From contig JAXLTM010000008.1 in assembly GCA_046330055.1 (NCBI GenBank), forward strand, positions 12,182-76,181: 64,000 nt of DNA, in the 5' to 3' direction. The DNA comes from Bacteroidia bacterium. Its GTDB lineage: Bacteria; Bacteroidota; Bacteroidia; AKYH767-A; 2013-40CM-41-45. The position numbers were made by a program, and so were the translations under genes. Of the stretch, positions 10,486 to 20,263 are shown piece by piece. Within the stretch, counting starts at the first letter, position 1; each line of letters opens with the position of its first letter. Under the pieces are notes generated by a model. That model was given only the letters and a program-made list of their open reading frames with translations. It did not search any database and was not told the DNA's origin.

Positions 10486-11713
10486 GAAGCGTGATATCGT
10501 CAGTGTAGTTTTTTGTCTGACGAAATGCAGCAAGCGACGATATCAGTTTTCCGTGCAACTCTTCCAGATTCGAAAGATTTTTATTTCCTGTGAAAAATTC
10601 TCGTAACCGTTCCATTCCGAATTCACGTTCATCATCGTTTTCCACATCGGTTACGCCGTCAGTGTAACAATGCAAAACGGCATTGGCAGGAATGAAAACT
10701 TTCCCCGGATTTACAAACGGCAGACTTTCAAACATGCCAAGTCCGGTGCTGCCGTCATTGAGCATGTAAACCACTTTATCGTGAATCAGGAAAGGCGGAT
10801 TATGTCCGGCGTTCACGTAATGCAATTCTCTGGTACGGCTGTTATAGCGGCCGATGAAAAAGGTGATGAACTTCTCCCCTTTCGCACTCTTGTAAACCTT
10901 TTCGTTGAGCTGCTTTACCAGTTCCGGCAATGAATCATTATGCTTTACCAGCGCATGCAGATTCGCCTGGAAATTCGACATGAGTAATGCAGCCGGAATT
11001 CCTTTGCCTGATACATCGGCCATGCAAAAAATAAATTCATCTTCACTGATGCGAATAAAATCGTAATAGTCGCCTCCCACTTCCTGATGTGGTAAATAGG
11101 TGGCATGAATTTCATATTGCGAACCGCGTGGAAGATGAACAGGAAATAACATCGTCTGCATTTGCGCAGCGAGTTCCAGTTCTTTTCGGATACCGGCCTG
11201 ACGAACGCGTTCATTGGCCATGTGATTATTCTCAATGGCAACGACGATGAGATTGGTAATTGTCTGGATGAAATTCGTGAGTTCATTTTTCTTACGAATC
11301 ACACTTCCCGACAAACCGCCTACGAGCGCATAAGCCAGCAATTGATCCTTGTGATAAACCGGTAAAATGGTTTCGAAAGTTTTCACCCAGAGGTCTTCTT
11401 TCAATTCCTGACGATGAAGCTTATTGAGTTCACCGAGAATGTTTGCCAGATCAATATCTCTGAAAGTTTTATCTGTACCAAAAAGCAAAGCACACTTCCA
11501 GTTATGCTCATGAATCAGCAAAGCGAATTTCTCCACTTTTAACTGACTATTCATGACATGCTCGTAAACATCGAGCAACTGTTTGGTAGAAAAATTATAG
11601 TTAATTGCTTTGGTGATTTGTAGCAACCAATGCAATTGCGTTTTCTTGGCCTGAAGCTCTTCACTCAGATCAACCACTGAAGGCTGTGCAACTATTTTCT
11701 TCTCTCCGCTCAA
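10466..11713 (-). CDS. PP2C-type serine phosphatase, SpoIIE/RsbU family, with an N-terminal sensor (GAF-like) domain
   Basis: 415 aa. SpoIIE-domain motifs: GGDYYDF, ADVSGKGIPAALLMS, and TDGVTD near the C-terminus. Confidence 0.8.
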   Translation of the reverse strand: MSGEKKIVAQPSVVDLSEELQAKKTQLHWLLQITKAINYNFSTKQLLDVYEHVMNSQLKVEKFALLIHEHNWKCALLFGTDKTFRDIDLANILGELNKLHRQELKEDLWVKTFETILPVYHKDQLLAYALVGGLSGSVIRKKNELTNFIQTITNLIVVAIENNHMANERVRQAGIRKELELAAQMQTMLFPVHLPRGSQYEIHATYLPHQEVGGDYYDFIRISEDEFIFCMADVSGKGIPAALLMSNFQANLHALVKHNDSLPELVKQLNEKVYKSAKGEKFITFFIGRYNSRTRELHYVNAGHNPPFLIHDKVVYMLNDGSTGLGMFESLPFVNPGKVFIPANAVLHCYTDGVTDVENDDEREFGMERLREFFTGNKNLSNLEELHGKLISSLAAFRQTKNYTDDITLLSCLFH

Positions 11714-11718
11714 ACTGA

Positions 11719-12651
11719 TCAGTGTTTAAGTTTTTCTATGATGCCCGGTAATTGCTTTACTAAAGCGAGCTCCTTCATTTTTTCACGAGCTTCCTGTGTA
11801 GGACTGCCAAAATAGGTTTTGCCGCCTTCGAGAGATTTCGGAATTCCCGATTGTCCGAGTACAACGGCACCTTTTCCAATCGTCAGATCTTTCTGCACAC
11901 CTACTTGTCCCCAGAGAATAACATCGTCTTCGATAGTCACTACACCGGCAATTCCAACCTGTGCAGCGAACAGGCAATTTTTTCCGATCACCGTATCATG
12001 TCCCACGTGAACCATGTTATCCATCTTCGTTCCGTCGCCGATTACTGTGTCGCCGGAAACACCTTTGTCGATCGTACTTGAAGCGCCGATCTCCACGCGG
12101 TTTCCGATGATCACTCTTCCGCATGAAACCATTTTATCATATCCTTCGGGACGACGTTTAAAATAAAATGCATCGGCACCGATAACGGCTCCGGCGTGAA
12201 TCACTACATCGTCGCCTATGATAGTGTGATCGTAGATGGTTACGTTAGGATGAATGAGACAATTTTTTCCAATCGTTACATGATGACCAATGAATACACC
12301 CGGCTGAAGAATTGTACCCTCGCCGATTTTTGCAAGCGGACTGATGGCAGTATCCGATTTTTGAAACGTACGGAATTTCTTAACGATGGTGATGTAAACT
12401 GAAAATGGATCTTCTGCAAAGAGCAATGCTTTGCCTTGGGGGATTTCCACTTCTTTGTTGATGATGACGAAAGAAGCAGCCGATTGAAGCACTTTGTCGT
12501 AGTATTTCGGATGATCCACAAAAGTGATATCACCTTCTTCCACCTTATGAATTTCGTTGATGCCGGAAACCACTCTGCTGCCATCACCCAGCACTCTGGC
12601 GCCTGTGAGGGCTGCCAGTTCCTTAAGTTGTACGGGAGTATCAAATCTCAT
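11719..12651 (-). CDS. lpxD: UDP-3-O-acylglucosamine N-acyltransferase
   Basis: Left-handed beta-helix hexapeptide repeats and an LpxD-type N-terminus (MRFDTPVQLKELAALTGARVLGDG). The start was moved to the Met at 12651 because a -7 box lies at 12657-12664. Confidence 0.85.
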   Translation of the reverse strand: MRFDTPVQLKELAALTGARVLGDGSRVVSGINEIHKVEEGDITFVDHPKYYDKVLQSAASFVIINKEVEIPQGKALLFAEDPFSVYITIVKKFRTFQKSDTAISPLAKIGEGTILQPGVFIGHHVTIGKNCLIHPNVTIYDHTIIGDDVVIHAGAVIGADAFYFKRRPEGYDKMVSCGRVIIGNRVEIGASSTIDKGVSGDTVIGDGTKMDNMVHVGHDTVIGKNCLFAAQVGIAGVVTIEDDVILWGQVGVQKDLTIGKGAVVLGQSGIPKSLEGGKTYFGSPTQEAREKMKELALVKQLPGIIEKLKH

Positions 12652-12656
12652 TTCCG

Positions 12657-12664
12657 CAAAAATA
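12657..12664 (-). promoter_or_regulatory. Candidate -7 box TATTTTTG (minus strand) for lpxD
   Basis: The reverse complement of caaaaata matches TAnnTTTG. It is only 5 nt from the ATG, implying a very short or absent leader. Confidence 0.4.
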
Positions 12665-12784
12665 CAGATTTTGAGAGGCTGGAAACCCATCATACCTGCT
12701 TTTATTAACATTTCAAGGGAGAAAACTGCCTTTTCGGAGACGGAATTCCGCTGTTATTTCAACATTTCCTACATTCGGGGCCTG

Positions 12785-13915
12785 ATGAAGATTGCCGTAA
12801 ATACCCGGATGCTGATCAAGGGCAAAATGGAGGGCATTGGCTACTTTACCCTTGAGAGCATGAAACGCATCGTTTTGAGTCATCCCGAGCATGAATTTAC
12901 ATTCATCTTTGACCGTCCGTTTGACCCCTCTTTTATTTTTGCACCGAATGTGAAAGGCGTAGTGATTCCTCCACCTGCCCGACATCCTGTGCTCTGGTTT
13001 ATCTGGATGGAGATTAGTCTGCGTCTGTTTTTCAAGAAGAACAAATTTGATCTCTTCATAGGAACAGACGGCTACTTGCCGCTTAGTCTATCCTGCAAGT
13101 CAATCGCCGTCATTCACGACATCAATTTTGAGCACTACCCTCAGGATCTTCCATTCTTCAATCGAATCTATTATCGGAAATTTTTCCCTGCCTTTGCGCG
13201 TAAAGCAGATAAAATCATCGCTGTTTCGGAGTTCACTCGTCAGGACATCATTGAAAAATACAAAATTGCTCCTTCGAAAATTTCTGTCGCTTACAACGGC
13301 GTCTCTGAAGAATTCAAGCCGTTGGATGAAGCGATGATTCGTGAGACAAGAAATAAATTTTCACGAGGAAAAGCTTACTTCCTTTTCATCGGGGCTATTC
13401 ATCAGAGAAAGAATATTGCGAATCTGCTTCGTGCTTACGAGCAATTCCGGAAGGAGAATCCCGATTCAGAAATACTCCTTCTCTTTGCCGGCGCCAAACG
13501 CTGGTGGACGGAAGAGATGGAATCTGTTTTTCAGTCGATGGAATTTAAGAATGACATTATTTTCACAGGCAGAGTTTCCTTCGAAGACCTTGCTCAAATT
13601 ACGGCTTCGGCATTTGCAGTTACCTATGTTTCCACTTTCGAAGGTTTCGGTATTCCGATTGTTGAAGGCATGAAAGCCGGTGTGCCTGTGATTACATCGA
13701 ATGTCACTTCAATGCCGGAAGTTGCAGGCAATGCCGCTTTACTTTGCGATCCGTTTTCAGTGGAAAGCATTGCAGGTGCGATGAAGAAAATGGCGACCGA
13801 TGAAAATCTCAGGAGAGAACTAATCACCAAAGGCCTGAAACGCGCACAGGATTTTAGTTGGGAAGAACGGCGGAAGCGGTATGGAAGGGAATCAATTCTG
13901 AATTCTGAATTCTGA
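12785..13915 (+). CDS. Glycosyltransferase, GT4/group 1 family
   Basis: Start taken at MKIAVNTRML. The C-terminal GT1 motifs are EGFGIPIVEGMKAGVPVITS. The ORF-track start at 12557 overlaps lpxD and was rejected. Confidence 0.8.
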   Translation: MKIAVNTRMLIKGKMEGIGYFTLESMKRIVLSHPEHEFTFIFDRPFDPSFIFAPNVKGVVIPPPARHPVLWFIWMEISLRLFFKKNKFDLFIGTDGYLPLSLSCKSIAVIHDINFEHYPQDLPFFNRIYYRKFFPAFARKADKIIAVSEFTRQDIIEKYKIAPSKISVAYNGVSEEFKPLDEAMIRETRNKFSRGKAYFLFIGAIHQRKNIANLLRAYEQFRKENPDSEILLLFAGAKRWWTEEMESVFQSMEFKNDIIFTGRVSFEDLAQITASAFAVTYVSTFEGFGIPIVEGMKAGVPVITSNVTSMPEVAGNAALLCDPFSVESIAGAMKKMATDENLRRELITKGLKRAQDFSWEERRKRYGRESILNSEF

Positions 13916-13926
13916 ATTCTGAAATT
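13894..13926. repeat. (AATTCTG)x4 heptamer array
   Basis: Read directly. The glycosyltransferase TGA stop (13913-13915) lies inside the array, and the protein ends ...LNSEF. Confidence 0.9.
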
Positions 13927-14006
13927 ATTAAACAAGATGGCAAATAAATGTGACGTCTTTAGCGTGAGAAAAAATCTGCGAAAGTCAAATGTAATTTGTC
14001 AGCAAG

Positions 14007-14093
14007 CTCTGCGGAAACTCCTTTCCGTGATTTCATTTTTAATATCGGTGCTTGAAGCTTGCCTCGCCGTGGCAGGTGGGAAAAAGACACCAT
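14007..14093. repeat. Interspersed repeat family B, copy 1 (CTCTGCGGAAACTCCTTTCCGTGATTTCA ... GTGGGAAAAAGACACCAT)
   Basis: Shares its start and end blocks with 61465-61535. Flanking DNA (13965-14150) holds two further degenerate half-copies (CGCGAAAGTCAA...CTCTGCGRGAAAC). Confidence 0.6.
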
Positions 14094-14171
14094 AAGATTT
14101 TCCGCGAAAGTCAATTTTTTGTCCGCGCTCTCTGCGAGAAACAAATTTAAACCCTCTTTCAGCTTAGCTCA

Positions 14172-14202
14172 AATATTCAATTTTCAATATTCAATATTCA
14201 AT
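14172..14202. repeat. (AATATTC)n array including one AATTTTC variant unit
   Basis: This 31-mer is identical to 16469-16499 and is the reverse complement of the array type at 14930-14954. Confidence 0.9.
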
Positions 14203-14252
14203 CTCATTTCCCCCTTTGAAATCCCAATTCGCTCATTTCCTTCACTTCATCA

Positions 14253-14846
14253 ATGCTGAAGCAATTTCACCAAAAACAATTATTAGAATGCGGCGTCAAT
14301 GAAGCCGGGCGGGAGTCTTGCCGGACCCGTATTTACGTACAGTGATTTTGCCGCCAGGTTTAAGAACAAACATCTGAATGATTCCAAACAATTGTCGGAG
14401 CGGTTCGCGATGAATTACGTCCGCTGATTGAGGAGAAAGCCCTTGCCTAGGCAGTAGGTGTTGCCACACATGAGGAAATTGACCACATAAATATTCTCAA
14501 TGCTTCTTTTCTTGCCATGCACCGTGCCATTGCAGCTTTGAAAATTGAACCCGAGCTGCTGCTTATTGATGGAAATCGTTTCAAAAAATATTCAATGATC
14601 AATCACGAATGCATTGTCGGAGGCGACGGCATTTACCTTTCAATCGCTGCTGCAGTAATTTTGTGAACCCACCTGCGACGAATACATGTATCAACTCCAC
14701 GAACAATTTCCTCATATACGGCTGGAACAAAAACAAAGGCTACGGCACTTCCATTCTGTACCGCCATGAAAGAATTCGGCCTCTCCTTTTCATATGAAGT
14801 TTTCCAGCTTAAGGCGAAGCAGATGGAGATGGAGTTTGGGGGCTGA
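14253..14846 (+). pseudogene. rnhB: Ribonuclease HII, multiply frameshifted
   Basis: RNase HII motifs are readable but spread over all three frames: [81 protein letters not shown]. Confidence 0.75.
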
Positions 14847-14883
14847 GGTTGCCGGTTAGATAGTTGGCTGATTGCTGGTTTTG

Positions 14884-14954
14884 GATTGAAGATTGAATTA
14901 GAAGATTGAATTGAAGATTGAATTGAAGATTGAATATTGAATATTGAATATTTT
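14884..14954. repeat. (GAAGATTGAATT)n grading into a (ATTGAAT)n array
   Basis: Read directly. The 3' part is the reverse complement of the AATATTC arrays. Confidence 0.9.
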
Positions 14955-15011
14955 GGGATTTTAATTACTTTCGATAATTAACCTGTTTGACTGAATTATA
15001 CCCGATCAAAT

Positions 15012-15067
15012 AAGTATCCAAGCATCCAAGTATCTAAGCATCCAAGTATCCAAGCAACAAAGCAACC
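15012..15067. repeat. (AAGYATCC)x5 plus (AAGCAACM)x2 octamer array
   Basis: Read directly. It abuts the left end of the IS element. Confidence 0.9.
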
Positions 15068-15074
15068 TGTCCGT

Positions 15075-16454
15075 GCCTGAAATAGGTTGACCAAAAATCG
15101 ACCTATGAAAACAAAGAACGAAAAAATTGCTCTCTACGCCAACAGCGAATTTTCAGTCTGGAAATTCGTCGTCAAACGGTCCGTGACATTGAATCCGGAA
15201 GTGTTCTGACAGGCCAAACGCAGATGAACTGCAGGTATCTCAACAAGCAATTTATGGATGGATTCATAAATTTAGTCGATATTTAAAGAAAAAATCGACG
15301 TATGGTTATTCGAGATATGCTGAAGCCTATAAAAGCCGGGAGCTTGAAAAGAAGATCAAAGAGCTGGAAGCCATCATTGGCAAGCAAATGGAAATTGATC
15401 TGCTCAATAAGTTAATGACCGGGAATACTGAGTACAAGACTGACTTAAAAAAAAGTTATCAAAGAATCGCTCGAATGGTTCCGACTCTTCAAAGGATAAA
15501 TCATACTTACAAGATGAAGGATCTCTATTTGATTGTAGGGTTAACCAAGCAATCCCCTTGTTAAAAATATCGCCGGAGAAACAATACATGAGAATGGTGA
15601 GAGAGCAGGTCATTGATGCATGTCAGGTAATCCGAAAAGACCACAAACGGATAAGGATTTGCCGTAAGATGTACGTTATGGCTCAAGATTCGATCCGGTT
15701 GGGCGAGAGATATTGCAGGCAGATAGGATTTGATAGTGGTTTTAAAGTAAAGATAAAACGAAACACTATCAAGACGACCTGGTCACAAAGGGTTGAAGTG
15801 TATCCGAATTTACTGGAGGGGTCCAATCATTAATGGAATAAATCAAGCATGGCAATCGGACAATTTTTACCAACACCAGCAGGACACAAAAGTACTACGG
15901 TGTCAGTATTATCGATATTTATTCCGCTATTTTACTGTCATGGCACTTCCCGTTCGCTTGAAGCAATACAGACCGGAAGGGCGGTATTGAAGCGATTGCA
16001 AAAAGGCGAAAAAATCAATCTGTGAAAGGATATTCATACTGACAGGGGTATCAGTACATTAGTGACTTAGTAAAAGAATGAGTTGGAGAGCATAAGCTAG
16101 AACCAGAAGTATGTGTAAGTTGCCACAGGAAAATGCCTATGTTGAGCGAGTACAAAACACTCAAGTATGAACCTTTTCAGAAGGAACTAACAGAAGTAGT
16201 TAAAAGTCAAATAAAATCCATTAGATATCTTTATAATCACCAAAGACTATGAAGGTGGGTATACTTTTAACGCCTGCTCAATACGAACAAAGTATCAACA
16301 ATTTACCAGTGAAAGAACGCCCCAAATTAAGGATATTTAAATGGAAACATCCGATACTAACAGAATCGCCTGTTATTAACAAAAAAGAAAAAAGTAGCAA
16401 AAAAGAAAAAAACTATAGTAATATCAACCATTGAAAAGTCAACCTATTTCAGGC
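15075..16454 (+). mobile_element. IS3-family insertion sequence with a decayed transposase
   Basis: - 17-bp perfect terminal inverted repeats: GCCTGAAATAGGTTGAC at 15075-15091 and its complement at 16438-16454.
- orfA-like start at 15105, and a slippery A8G run at 15447-15455.
- The orfB N-terminal part is open to 15833 (…IRKDHKRI…GFKVKIKRN…YPNLLEG).
- The catalytic part (INQAWQSD.., DRG.QY.., YNHQR) is broken by several frameshifts. Confidence 0.8.
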
Positions 16455-16464
16455 TAGGTCAACC

Positions 16465-16499
16465 ATTCAATATTCAATTTTCAATATTCAATATTCAAT
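16465..16499. repeat. (AATATTC)n array, direct copy of 14172-14202
   Basis: The 31 nt at 16469-16499 are identical to 14172-14202. It starts 10 nt after the IS right end. Confidence 0.9.
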
Positions 16500-16660
16500 T
16501 AAATACTTACATGGCTTACAATATCTCACCCCTGATACCGTTACCATAACACACTCTTCCATGTAGCCCTCCTCTTTTCCCCGATTTTAACAGCAGTACT
16601 TTATAATTTGTATGAACTGCCGGGAAGGTGTCGATCCCCCTTAAGTAAATTGCTATCCTT

Positions 16661-19303
16661 ATGAAAAGGAAGAATCTTTTTATCCTTATTGCTGCTATAG
16701 TGATTATTGCAGTGATAGTTGGAAATTTTACCTGCTGATATGTAAAATTATCATTCGGACGGTAGGTTCACGCTATTCCTCAGGATGCGGCGTATTTTCT
16801 GGAAGTGAAAAATAATCACGATGGCGTTTCTGCTTTGGCCAAAGCGGGTTTCTTCCGTTCACTTTGTTCGGATTCTTCATTTGCTGCGATGCGGAGAAAT
16901 ATGCTGCTCATAGATAGTATTTCCGCAACAGAAGAAATCGCCTATGAAATAAGATTCAAAACAGATTGTCTATATCTCTGCTCACTACAAAGCTGATGAA
17001 TTTGACTATCTGTTTTGCGCAGAGCATCCCCTCGCGGTGAAACAGGAAAGGCGGTGACGAATGTGGTGCTTAAACTTATTGTGAAGATGAAGGGAAGAGT
17101 CGGTCAGAATATGAGGATGTGAAAGTGCCGCAGGAGTGAATACGAACAAGGCGAATGCGATTACGTTGCTGTTTCCCGTGGTATTCTGCGTACTGAGCCG
17201 TACTTCATTTCTTGTGAAAGCTGCCTTTATCAAGGCAGTGAAGTCGAGGTGTCTTTTAAAAGCAGGGCGTTTACTCTGGTGAACAAACGTGTCGGCTCCG
17301 ATGAATATGCGGCTTCGTTTGTAAACTCTGCAAATTTGCGGTTACGCTCTGCATTCGGTGATCCTTCGCATCAGCTCATACAGGAAAGTACTGGAAGAAT
17401 CTGGGACTGGTCAACGCTGAGTCGTTCCCCGCTCTCGAAGATAAAGGCATCCGTATGTTGGGGCGAAGCAATTCTTCCGAGGAATGCAGGAGCCGGTGCT
17501 GCTGCCTTCAGGAAGATGACCACCGGATGAGTCGCGTATTGCAGGCGTAGCACCGGGAAGAACAACCTTACTGATTTCGCCATCTACGGATCTGCCGAAA
17601 GTTCTGGACAGTGGAAAGGCAGCCGATTATTTTCGCGGGAGAGCGAATATCGTAAACAGCCGTCGACAGCTTCTCGAAAAAATTCAAAATTGATTGACGA
17701 AGAACAATTGGGCGAAGAATTGTCACCATCATTATGACCGGCGTCAAATTCCATTGAAAGCAATTTGTATGCTTATGTGCGCGCAGAAATGCATGACGAG
17801 GCTGTGAATCAATTGAAGAATCTTCAGACAGCTTCTTGGGGGAAATTATCAGTATCGTCAACGGCAGATCGTGCATATCTATCTAACGGCTCTTGTTCCA
17901 TTTTCAGTGAAATCAGTTTTCCGATATGCAGGATACCTGGTTTACTTCTACGGAACGACTACATTTATTTTGCCAGCCGCAGCTCATTCTGAAAGTACCA
18001 TCGATGATATCGAAGATAAAAAACACTGGATCGGTCAGCCGATTTTGGTGAATACTACTTACGGCGGCTATTGAGTGATATTGAATGTTTATTTCAATAT
18101 GAAACATGCGGAGAAAAAATTATTGCTTTCGGAAATGAAAGTATTTCACCGTTGATTTCCGAAGACGGCATTCTTAATCGTACCATTGGTCAATCACGCT
18201 TTCCGTTGGAAAAGGAAGTGATCTTTATCCAGTAAAAAGCGCATCACCGATTTTCAATTCTGCTTCCGGCAGTCCGGTTCGACTGCTCCTGCGGTCAGCT
18301 TATTGATACCGTGCCGCTTTATACTTGTAATCCGATCGTCGACGGCAGCAATGAATTAATATTATGCAGGTTTACGAAACAATCTTTATCTGCTCGACGA
18401 ATCGGAAAAATCATATGGAAAAGAAACATCAGTGAAACAATTGTAGGCAATATCAATGCAATTACGTCGAATGCGCTATCCACTCATCCGCAATTAGTTT
18501 TCAATTCCGCCACTCACCTCTTCCAACTCGACTTAAACGGCGAAACTAAGAGCAACTTCCCGTTGAAGCTTCCTGCTCCTGCAACCACAGGCTGCGTAAT
18601 TGGTCGTGCAAATGAAAACGTAAACGAAAATATTTTCATCTGGTGCAGCAATGGACTTATGTATGCTTACGAAGTTTCCGGTAAACCTGTTGATTCTTGG
18701 GTGTTCAATCAATTCGTGACGGGTCTTGTAAAATCGCCTGAGCTCATCAAAATCGGACCACAATACAACTTTATCCTGCAAAACAATGAACGCGCATGGA
18801 TATGCAGCTTCACAGGAAAACTTACTCCGCTGGGCAGCATCAAAAATTCTCCGAAAAGAATTTGTCCGCTCGAAGTGGATTCAGCAAAAAAGTTATCGCT
18901 CTACGTTCTGCAAAACGACAGCAGCTTCGGTCACATTTCAATGACAGCACCTTCTGTATTTCTTCGCTCTAATCAATCGGGAATTTCGGATTTTGCAGCG
19001 ATAAACGGAAAGGATGAAATTCTTGTTCTGCTAAAAAACGACTCGCTGCTTGCGACCGACGATGACGAAGAAGAATTCAAACTACTGAAAAGAATATCAC
19101 CGGATCAACACTTCATCCGTCAACAGAACGGAAGAAGCTATTCCGGCATTGGCAACACCGCTGATCACACCTTCTTCCTCATCAATTCTGAAGGCAATAT
19201 CCCCGCCGGCTTCCCGGCCAAAGGAAGCAGCGATTTCTACATTTCCCCGACTGAGAAGGTTTTTATTGGGGATGGGGATATGGTTTATGTTTATGGAATG
19301 TAA
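16661..19303 (+). pseudogene. Large N-terminally anchored protein (DUF3352-like N-terminus). The 5' two-thirds are decayed; the last 330 codons are intact.
   Basis: MKRKNLFILIAAIVIIAVIVGNF starts at 16661. IPQDAAYFLEVKNNHDG and YISAHYKADEFDYLF follow in shifted frames, and a continuous ORF runs 18311-19303. The family name comes from memory of the N-terminal motif only. Confidence 0.4.
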
Positions 19304-19367
19304 TTAGTAATTAGTAATTAGTAATTAGCCTAATTACTAATTACTAATCACTAATTACTAATCACTA
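19301..19367. repeat. Hairpin of (TAATTAG)x4 / CC / (CTAATYA)x5
   Basis: Its first triplet is the TAA stop of the + strand gene (19301-19303). Its last triplet is the complement of the TAG stop of the - strand cytochrome c gene (19365-19367). Confidence 0.9.
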
Positions 19368-19847
19368 TTTAGCATCATTCGCCTTCAGATATTCATAAAC
19401 CATTCCTGCTTCATGCTCAGTGAGGTTCATGTTGATCATTTGGGCAGTGTATTTTTTGAGGAGGGCGATTGACATGGAATCCTTCTGTGTCATCTCCATC
19501 GGATTGAGAATTTGATTCATGATCCATTCCGGGCGACGAATTTTGGTGATTCCTGCAAGACCGGGGCCGATGAGTTTTGTTTCATCAAGCTTATGACAAC
19601 TTACACACTTTGATTCGAAAATTACCTTACCACTGTCGGCTACAGCCTTTACATCGGCATCGGCTTTATATTCGGTAACGGGGCCGACTCCTTTGCCATC
19701 GTAGTAAATGGCGAACGGATCGGCAGCAGGAGCTGTAGTTGCATTTTCCTGAGTCGGCTGGTTCGAAGAGCAGGAAGTAATTACTGCGGCCACTCCGGCT
19801 GATACTGCCAGAAATGAAATCACTGATTTTAGGTTGATTTTTCTCAT
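19365..19847 (-). CDS. Class I c-type cytochrome lipoprotein
   Basis: CVSCH haem-binding motif. Start taken at MRKINLKSVISFLAVSAGVAAVITSC (lipobox) rather than the upstream ORF-track Met. Confidence 0.75.
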   Translation of the reverse strand: MRKINLKSVISFLAVSAGVAAVITSCSSNQPTQENATTAPAADPFAIYYDGKGVGPVTEYKADADVKAVADSGKVIFESKCVSCHKLDETKLIGPGLAGITKIRRPEWIMNQILNPMEMTQKDSMSIALLKKYTAQMINMNLTEHEAGMVYEYLKANDAK

Positions 19848-20263
19848 ATAACTGTATTTTTCACAGCGCAAAGTTGAAATAAAGTCGGCAAACAGCAATA
19901 TTTCACGAAAGAAAAATGTACTTTTGATACACCGAAACTTTTGTATTTTTCCATGAAGTTGCGGTAGTAATTCCTGATTTCCCGTTTCGCCGGTTTTTTC
20001 CCCGGATTTACAATCACCGGAAAAAACATAACCGGCAATTCCCCACACATCGCGGAGAAATTTCGTATTACGCGATTGAAATCTGAACACACACTTGTAT
20101 TCTTTGTTTTGAATTACTGAAAGAGAATTTTTATTCCATCAAACTCCTTTCAGTCGTTCAGATTATAGTTCTGATCACCTTTCACATCAGTACTAAAGAC
20201 AGTTTTAAAACCGACTACTGCTGCTATTTGCAGCCATTCATCCTACAAACTAAGTGAGTCGCT

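Noticed and set aside
12557-12784. N-terminal 76 codons of the ORF-track glycosyltransferase ORF
   Set aside because: This part overlaps the lpxD 5' end and promoter on the other strand and has no GT features. MKIAVNTRML at 12785 is a typical GT4 start.
13959-14144. 61-aa minus-strand ORF between the glycosyltransferase and rnhB
   Set aside because: It is composed of family B repeat units, and the protein shows the same internal repeat (ADKKLTFAENL / ADKLHLTFADFF). It is therefore a by-product of non-coding repeats.
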